A stretch of 64,000 bases of DNA from positions 69,936,001 through 70,000,000 of the forward strand of contig OX597825.1 in assembly GCA_951406725.2 (NCBI GenBank), written 5' to 3'. Source of the DNA: Octopus vulgaris (lineage: Eukaryota). Made by a program: the position numbers and the translations under genes. Shown in pieces: positions 54,987 to 64,000 of the stretch (position 1 is its first letter; each line of letters starts with the position of its first letter). The notes under the pieces are model-generated. The model searched no databases, was not told where the DNA came from, and was given only the letters and a program-made list of their open reading frames with translations.

Positions 54987-55799
54987 TCTTTATATATAAA
55001 AGTGAAGTTGTGTGTCTGTCTCCTACGATTTAGATTCCTAACTACTCCCACATTTTGCGGTGCAGTTTAACCAAAACCGGGTATCTTATAGTCGTGATTC
55101 ATATCGAGCCCTCCAGGGTATTAGCGCGCGTCTACGATGAGTCTACGATTTAAAAATGTTTTCCATTTTAATGCATTTTTTCGCTATTATATAAGGGAAG
55201 TAACTCTCTAAAAATGTCTACGATGAGTCAACGATTTAAAAAAAAATTTGCCATCATCTTTTTTCCATTTTTAATGCATTTTTTGCAATATTTTTGTCTA
55301 TAACTCTCTAAAAATGTTTATATCTTCTTTTATCTTTCTTTTATCTTTTACTTGTTTCAGTCATTTGACTGCGGCCATGCTGGAGCACCGCCTTTAGTCG
55401 AGCAAATCGACCCCGGGACTTATTCTTTGTAAGCCCAGTACTTATTCTATCGGTCTCTTTTGCCGAACCGCTAAGTGACGGGGACGTAAACACACCAGCA
55501 TCGGTTGTCAAGCAATGCTAGGGGGACAAACACACAAACACACACACATACACACACATATATATTTATACATATATACGACAGGCTTCTTTCAGTTTCC
55601 GTCTACCAAATCCACTCACAAGGCATTGGTCGGCCCGGGGCTATAGCAGAAGACACTTGTCCAAGATGCCACGCAGTGGGACTGAACCCGAAGCCATGTG
55701 GTTGGTTAGCAAGCTACTTACCACACAGCCACTCCTGCGCCTGGGAAATATATAGTTATTTCCCTTACAAACCCGAGCAACGCCGGGCGATACTGCTAG
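54987..55799 (+). mobile_element. Non-autonomous Helitron containing a SINE A insertion
   Basis: 5' A|TCTTTATATATAAAAGTG; 3' hairpin CCCGAGCAACGCCGGG followed by CTAG|T. Confidence 0.88.
55325..55742 (-). mobile_element. SINE family A, full length, nested in the Helitron
   Basis: Reverse complement of the 33891 copy. Confidence 0.93.
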
Positions 55800-55849
55800 T
55801 TAATATATAATTTCTAAACTTCAGTGGTTTGCCTGTGTACGTATAACTC

Positions 55850-56079
55850 TTTTCTTTTACTTGCTCCAGTCATTTGATAGGGGCCTTGCTGGAGCAGTAC
55901 CATGAAGACGTTTTAGTTGAACATGTCAACCCCAGTACTTATCATTTTTTAAAGTCTGGTTCTTACTCTATCGGCCTCTTTCTCTGCACCGCTAATCTCG
56001 AGTACGGAAATAAACTAATACCAGTTGTCAAGCGGTTGTGAGGGTACAACAAACAGAGAGCCACAGATCTAGTTATAAG

Positions 56080-56121
<42 letters not shown>

Positions 56122-56285
56122 GATGCGCTTCTTCACTCTTTCCGTCTACCAAATTCAGACACATTTCAATGGTCAGCCCAAGACTGTAGAGGATGTTTGC
56201 CCAAGGAGCCGCACAAGAGGTCTGAACCCTAAGTCACACCTTTGCAAAGCTACCCTTATAACCAACCATAAAGCCATGCCTGTGC
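55850..56285 (-). mobile_element. SINE family A, degenerate
   Basis: TGCTGGAGCA, CCCCAGTACTTAT and TTTCCGTCTACCAAAT motifs. Confidence 0.7.
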
Positions 56286-57212
56286 CTATGTAACAATGTA
56301 AAGTGTTAAAGCTATTATGATCCAACTTCGAAGTTATACGTTCGGAAACAGACTATAAATCTCCTTTATGCTTTTTTTAGTTAACAGAATGTATTAGCTA
56401 CTTTGTAAATTGCCTGACACATTGAAGTGTAAGAAACTGTGTTAATTAAATTCCTCAATGATATGATCTTTATCTTGTTATTGTTTTACTTATATTTTCT
56501 TAATGAGTTGTTAGAAATTCAAATAGATAAGATCACATCAATACGCTGTTAGTGAAATGTAATCGTCGAAACAGTATAACGTCAAGTCGGCCATTTTCGT
56601 TCTTCGCTTTAGTTATTCCGTTTCGTTAAAGAAGAAAAAACTACCTGAGATATATCTCCTTTTATACACATTGTTTGTATCGCTGATGTTTTCAACACTT
56701 ATGATGTTTTGTATTGTAGTTTTACTGTCTTCCTTAATGCATGAACTATTGTTAACAATTGGTCAATATTAAATACAGCAAATATTATGAATATATGCGT
56801 GCGAGTGAGAGAGAGAGAGAGAGAGAGAGAAAGAAATAGTAGCCTAGTGGTTAGGGTGTTGTACTTACGATTTCGAGATAGTGATTTCGAGTCCGTAATC
56901 GGGTAGTGCGTCGTGTTCACGGGCCAAACACTTCATTTCAGGATGTTCTAATATCACTTTGAAATCTCACGTGTGGCACACTGCACAGCACTACAGTCCA
57001 TATTGATTTTACGCAGGGGTAAGATAATTCGTGACACAAACATTTGATCACGATAAACAAATTATATGTACACGTTGTCCAGCTAGAAATGGCAGAGACC
57101 TCATCTGTTGTACATGGCATAAGAGTCCAAAGTACATACATACATATGTTTATGTATGTATGTATGTATGTATGTATGTATGTATGTATGTATGTATGTA
57201 TGTATGTATGTA

Positions 57213-57402
57213 GGGAGAGTTTACGAAAAAACAAAAGACGAAGACAGGTAGTGTAGAAAACAAACAGATGTATTAGTATAACGCTCAGGAATAGAAATAG
57301 TCTTTTACGTTTCGAGCGTACGCTCTTCTACAGAAAGGGACACAGAAAAAAAAACAAGGAGAGAAAAAAACGTGTGTAGTGGCTAACGATCTATCATGGC
57401 GA
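57213..57402 (-). mobile_element. HHR mini-element family D (HHR-like motif at 57302-57337, CTGTAGA core)
   Basis: cttt-CTGTAGA-a-gagcgtacgctc-GAAAC-GTA-aaag. Aligns with 62030-62242; flanked by (TATG)n. Confidence 0.8.
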
Positions 57403-57413
57403 CTGACCATGTT

Positions 57414-57445
<32 letters not shown>

Positions 57446-58207
57446 TGTATGTATGTATGTATGTATGTATGTATGTATGTATGTATGTATGTATGTATTT
57501 ATGGATGGATGGATGCATGCATGTATGCATCTATGTGTGTATGTGTATGTATGCATACATAGTTTAAATAAGTGTAAGGGGAAAACAGTTTCATTTTATG
57601 TATTGTATACATGAAAATAAAAGTACAAAAATAGGTTTTTATGTAACAAATGGATGTGCATCATGGTCTACTGAAAATATTTTGGTGTATGCTTTCACTA
57701 AGTTTCACATACATTACAGGTAAATGGAGAGAGGGATAAGGTATCACGTGTTACATCTAGTTTTTCGTATGAGAAAAGTTAGAGTATATAAAGTCCTGTT
57801 TGTACTTTGTAGCGAGTATGGTTTTGTAATAAGGAAAAGTAGTTAACTAAGCGGGTTTCGGTTTGCGCTGTAATCCATTTCACTAAAGTTTTAGGTGATT
57901 CTTCCATGATATGTAACAAGCATATATGTTGGGTTATATCTGAACTATATCCATCAGGCTATTGGATGTGGTCATATGCCGCTGGTAACAATGCGCTTCC
58001 AATTCATTCTTGATTTATGTGACGTCGTATGAAGAAAAACTGCTTTGATACAATGGTACAACGCTTCTCATGTTTCAGGAGATGTGAGTTTGAAATCCAA
58101 GGGTAGTTTTCGACGTTTTCTATCAGAAGAGGTTTATCAACCCAATATTTACATGATATTATTTGTAGCTTTTTGTGTGTGCTTCGAGATATTCCAAAAA
58201 CCCAAAT

Positions 58208-58289
<82 letters not shown>

Positions 58290-58290
<1 letters not shown>

Positions 58291-59399
58291 AGGTAGAAAA
58301 CTAACACACGAGTTGATACGTATAAGGAAAATAAGACAAGGTAGAGAATGCTAAAATAATTTTTAGTGCAGGTTTCCGTCTTTTAGACTTTTTCAACTAA
58401 GAGTAAAATAATTAAAAAAAATTAAATTGGAGAAAAAAGTTAAGTGAAATGTTTTGTAAAGTTTTCCATAGTCTTCAAGTGGGTAAATGTTTCCGTAGTC
58501 TTCAAATAGTCTGTCATATTATATGTGTCAACCTAACTGAGGGATCAGAATTTTCCTTCAAACAGGGTCAACATTTTACAATGAAAAATAACTTCAGATG
58601 TGCTTCAGAAAACCTAATATATGTATTAACTTGCTCAAGATGTCGCGAACAATATATTGGTCAATCTAAACCACTCTACGCCAGAGGATGATGGTACATA
58701 GATCCCAGATTAAAATACGAGAATACAGAAAAATAGGATTAAGCGAGCACATCGATGTTTGCTCAACTAACGAACAACCCAATTTTTGCCCTCTATAAAT
58801 TCAGAGACAATGCAAACTATACTCAGTGTATTAGCAAACAAACATATTTTATCGCAAAATATAAACCTCGTTTGAAAGCTTCCACCATAGATGAAACTAC
58901 TACAAGAATTTAGAACAATTCCAACCACTACTGTTAGGTCATTTGACCATTAAGGAAGATTCTACGAACAATCTACCGTGTCACACCACTCCTGTACTTT
59001 TATTTTCTATTCTTTCTCCTTCTTCCCCTCTTTCCCTACTCTTACTTCTCTTCCTTCTTTATTTTCTCCTTGTCCTTCTTTTTCTTCTTATATCAAGTCC
59101 ATTCAGAAGTGCCTGAAATTCTTTAAGTCTCACTATACAGACACGCTAGAATGAATATCCCTTAGAACATTCTTCTTCTTCTTCTTCTTCTTCTTCTTCT
59201 TCTTCTTCTTCTTCTTCTTTTTCTTCTTCTTTTTCTTCTCCTCAAACCATCAATTCTCTGTACTCATAATTGTATTCCTTCAGATTTACTACTATCTACC
59301 TATTCACAAAGAAAGAGAGAGAGAGAGAGGGGGGGGACTATTTGAAGACTATGGAAATATTTACAAAACATTTCACTTAACATTTTTTCTCCAATTTAA
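58290..59399 (+). mobile_element. Penelope-like element 3' remnant: GIY-YIG domain (~58512-58890) with inverted terminal segment
   Basis: CVNL...FRCASENLIYVLTCSRCREQYIGQS...VHRSQIK..EY..IGLSEHIDVC. 58422-58511 is an inverted copy of 59336-59399. Confidence 0.85.
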
Positions 59400-59670
59400 A
59401 AGTGTTTAATGAGCGAAGTAGCGTTTGAAAAGTCGCTAGTACATCTGCATCGAAAGATGCACCACAACTGATTGTACAGGATCTCACCCTTAAGGGACAA
59501 ATGCAAGTTGGTTTGAAATGATTATAGTGATTAATAAAGAAACTCGTGAATTCCATTCTGTCTTTCACTCATGTTATATACATACATACGCACACGCACA
59601 CACATACATTCGCACGCGCACACGCACACACACGCACACGCACACTCACACACACACACACACACACACC

Positions 59671-59721
<51 letters not shown>

Positions 59722-60224
59722 GGATTGTGGACATGTTCCAACAGCACAAGAAAAATAGTTGTTGCTCTGACTTCAGCTCGAACTTAAAACCACGTCAATC
59801 CTAAGTGAATGTCTTAACTGCACTAACTTATGGCAATGATCTTACCAGCTTCGAGGAAGCAAAAGAAATAAATTACATAGAAGTAAAATGTTCCACCAAA
59901 ATTATATAATATGATAAAAAAAGATAGATAGATAGATGGATACATAGATAAGTCCATGGCGCGGAGCACTTTAAATATTTACAGTAACGGAAAATGCCTA
60001 AGGCTTTATAAATTTCCATAAATAGATTATAGGAAATTCAATAGCCGCTTTTTATGTGTAATTGCAAATCATTGAATATATTTTATGTAAATATTTTGTA
60101 CATATTTCCCTACAATATACATTGTAGCTCTAAACATATGAACACACGTGGTAACCTTTAAGAAATTTCTATTTCGAGGTACTCTAACCCAAAACGTATG
60201 TGTGTTGGGGTGGTGGACGCGGTA

Positions 60225-60269
<45 letters not shown>

Positions 60270-60293
60270 CACATTATATATATATGTATATTG

Positions 60294-60329
<36 letters not shown>

Positions 60330-60913
60330 ATGTGTGTTTGTGTGTGTATGTGTGTATGTGTTTGTCTGTGTGTGTTTGTATGTGTGTATGTATATATATG
60401 CTTGTGCGTATATTTATATATATATTTATGTATATATATATATGTGTGTGTGTGTGTGTATTTATACAAATATTGAATATATTTACATATTATATTGGAT
60501 ATGTGTATGCTTATGTGTCTATGCGTATATGTGCATATGTGGACAATTCAACGCAGCTGCATTCAGTAATATAATTCACATAGTCTTGTTATATACGCTG
60601 TGCACGTATTGTGCATCCATTAAATGCACATAAAAAATGTAAACAAGCAAACCGCCAAATGCGTTTGTTTACAATTTATTTCCAGAAGGAATAAGAAGTT
60701 TAGACTATACCATAAATACACCCTCACCAACACACACATAGACACATCGACACAAATACACATACACATACACCTACACACACACACATGCACAATCACA
60801 CACACACATACTTATATATATTTACGTACATAAATACACAAACACACACACATATATATATATATGCATTTACATGTATGTGTGCGGGTGTGTATACATA
60901 TATATACACACAT

Positions 60914-60955
<42 letters not shown>

Positions 60956-61157
60956 GCTGTTGTTGTTGTTTGTTCCTTTTCGAGCGATGCCTTGCTCATA
61001 AGGGCCGGTTTCCCGGTTTCATTGCCGGTCCGTCGCAGGTGAGCTGCTGGATGCAGGAGGATAGAGTGAGAAAAAGTTGCGGCGTAGGTATGTACATATA
61101 TGTATGTATATATGCATATATTTATATTATATATACATACATTCACATATATATATG

Positions 61158-61507
<350 letters not shown>

Positions 61508-61802
61508 GTATATAATGTGTATTATTTATGTGTGTGTATATCCGGCGTTTGACGATCAGGGAGCATTCAGCTGTTCTTGCACCTTCCTGACCAGCTCCGT
61601 GTAAGCATTTCAGACACAAAACGCCCTACGTAGATCAGGCTTAATCAGCGTGGCACAGGGACAAGACGATACCTTCTGAATTACACCTCCAGTCCATCCG
61701 CTAGTATTCTATATGTTTTACCTCTACCCAATTTCCATTCACATCTATCTATTCCCAATGTATTGGGAAACCTAAGGCTATAGTATTCTTTTCTTTTTTC
61801 TT

Positions 61803-62430
61803 TTATTCTTTTACTTGTTTCAGTCATTTGACTGCGGCCATGCTGGAGCACCGCCTTTAATCGAGCAACTCGACCTCCGGGACTTATTCATTTGTAAGCC
61901 CAGTACTTATTCTATCGGTCTCTTTTGCCGAACCGCTAAGTAACGGGGACATAAACACACCAGCATCGGTTGTCAAGCAATGCTAGGAGGACAAACACAG
62001 ACACAAACACACACACACGTATATATATAACGGGAAGCTTTATGAAAATAAACAAAAGACGAAGGCAGGTGGAAAACAAACGAACAATTGTATTAGTATG
62101 GCGCTCAGGAAATATAAATAAAACAAGTCTTTAACGTTTCGAGCCTACGCTCTTCAACAGAAAGATACACAGAGAGAGAAAAACACAGAAAGAAGGAGAG
62201 AAAAAAAATGCGTGCAGTAGCTAACGAATCAACATGGCGATCTATATATATATATATACATATATACGACGGGTTTCTTTCAGTTTCCGTCTACCAAATC
62301 CACTCACAAGGCTTTGGTCGGCCCGAGGCTATAGTAGAAGACACTTGCCCAAGGTGCCACGCAGTGGGACTGAACCCGGAACTATGTGGATGGTAAACAA
62401 GCTACTTACCACACAGCCACTCCTGCGCCT
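61803..62430 (-). mobile_element. SINE family A interrupted by an HHR mini-element
   Basis: Tail at 61803-62020 and head at 62265-62430, separated by the family D copy. Confidence 0.9.
62030..62242 (-). mobile_element. HHR mini-element family D (HHR-like motif at 62128-62165, CTGTTGA core)
   Basis: tcttt-CTGTTGA-a-gagcgtaggctc-GAAAC-GTT-aaaga; sits in a (TA)n tract. Confidence 0.8.
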
Positions 62431-62575
62431 ATATGGATTTTTGACCAAATGAGACGTAATAGAATCGAACACCGGATCACGTGGTTGAGAGAATAAACCC
62501 AACCCTACTAAAAAATAGTACCCGGACGTCTGTATTTAAGATGAGCTCTTTATATCGTATTGTAACCGACCCCTA

Positions 62576-62939
62576 AAGCGGCGAGCTGACAGAAACGTTA
62601 GTACGCCGGGCGAAATGCGTAGCCGTATTTCGTTTGCCGTTACGTTCGGAGTTCAAATACCGCCAAGGTCGACTTTGTTAGGCACTGGGGTCGATATAAG
62701 CGACGTAATCCGTTTGTCTGTCCTTGTTTGTCCTCTCTGTGTTTAGCCCCTTGTGGGTAGTAAAGAAATAGGTATTTCGTCTGTGTTTACGTTCGGAGAT
62801 CAAACTGCGCCGAGCTCGACTTTGCCTTTCATCATTTCGGGGTCGATAAATTAAGTACCAGTTCCGTACTGGGGTCGATCTAATCGAGAGGTCCCCTTCC
62901 CCAAAATTTCGGGCCTTTTGCCTAGAGCAGAAACGATTA
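62576..62939 (+). mobile_element. SINE B1-B2 dimer with 13-bp target-site duplication
   Basis: TAACCGACCCCTA at 62563-62575 and 62940-62952; internal junction GAAATAGGTATTTC at ~62765. Confidence 0.92.
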
Positions 62940-63711
62940 TAACCGACCCCTAGCTGCTCAGTGTCCCTTGTGAACACGCTATCTTGAGAGTTTAATGCAC
63001 TTAAGAGCCGAAGCTTAAACGGAAGAATTGTCACGCACTGAGCGGATCGCGTCATACGAGTGTGTATATGTGTATGTGTGTGCGTGTGTTTGTGTGTATG
63101 CGTGTGTGTGCATTTTGTATGTATGTGTGTTCACATATATGCTTACACTTATGAATTCATATATGTATGTATGTGTATATGTGAGCGCGCGCGCATGTGA
63201 AATGACATCTCAAAAGTTTTTTTCATCATTCCACTAACAAAGTTGAAGGATTTGCTTTCCAAAACCAAATATAGAATCAAATAAAATTTCATTAAGCTTC
63301 ATCCTTGAATCTCTCACCTTCCTTTAAATCCTTTATTTTCAATTAACCGAAATCAATACTGAAAATAAGTTTTTACTAAAATACCTTTGATGTAATTCCT
63401 CCTTTTGTGTATGAGTACCAGTGTGTGTATGTGTATGTGTGCGTGAGTGTGTGTATGTGTGAGTGGCATCTTTTTCTTTCATTCTACATTTATCTTTATA
63501 TTTATATCCAAGATAATTCCACAACAAACATACGTATCCGATTTATTTTCTCATTCACTGTTTGCTATTTTCTTTTGCTTTCCCTTCGCCCTCATCACCC
63601 TACAGCCCCCCCCCCCTCACACTATCACTCGCTCCCTTGCTGTCTACGTATGTTTGTCGCCCTCCTGCATCATCTCCGTCTCTCTTATAAACACTATCTA
63701 TCTATCCACCT

Positions 63712-63769
<58 letters not shown>

Positions 63770-63807
63770 CTTTCACTCTCTCTCTCTCTGTCTCTATCTG
63801 TGTGTGT

Positions 63808-63867
<60 letters not shown>

Positions 63868-63869
<2 letters not shown>

Positions 63870-64000
63870 TCTTACTCTTTTACTTGTTTCAGTCATTTGA
63901 CTGGCCATGCTGGAGCACCGCCTTTAGTCAAGCAAATCGACCCCAGGACTCATTCTTTGTAAGCCTAATATTGCCGAACCGCTAAGTTACTGGGACGTAA
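63868..64000 (-). mobile_element. SINE family A tail, cut by the window edge
   Basis: CTTTTACTTGTTTCAGTCATTTGAC...GGAGCACCGCCTTTAGTC. Confidence 0.85.

Overview
AT-rich, microsatellite-saturated eukaryotic DNA. The tRNA-derived SINE set and repeat landscape suggest an octopus/cephalopod genome (inference). I could not support any host protein-coding exon; almost all ORFs in the track are translated microsatellites or SINEs. Identifiable content: a near-intact Tc1 (DD34E, IR/DR type) transposon with one frameshift; remnants of mariner, DD37D-type, pogo-like, Helitron, R4/Dong-like, R2/Hero-like and Penelope (GIY-YIG) elements; and at least four interleaved tRNA-SINE families. The most notable signal is about 10 hammerhead ribozyme (HHR) motifs (CUGANGA...GAAAC-palindrome-NUH) in short non-coding elements, most abutting (TA)n tracts. 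Nine of ten lie on the minus strand, and they fall into several families that look like Penelope-derived or retrozyme-like non-autonomous elements. One SINE family also repeatedly forms head-to-tail multimers through an identical palindromic junction, in one case inside a single target-site duplication (TSD). All alignments and folds were done by eye.
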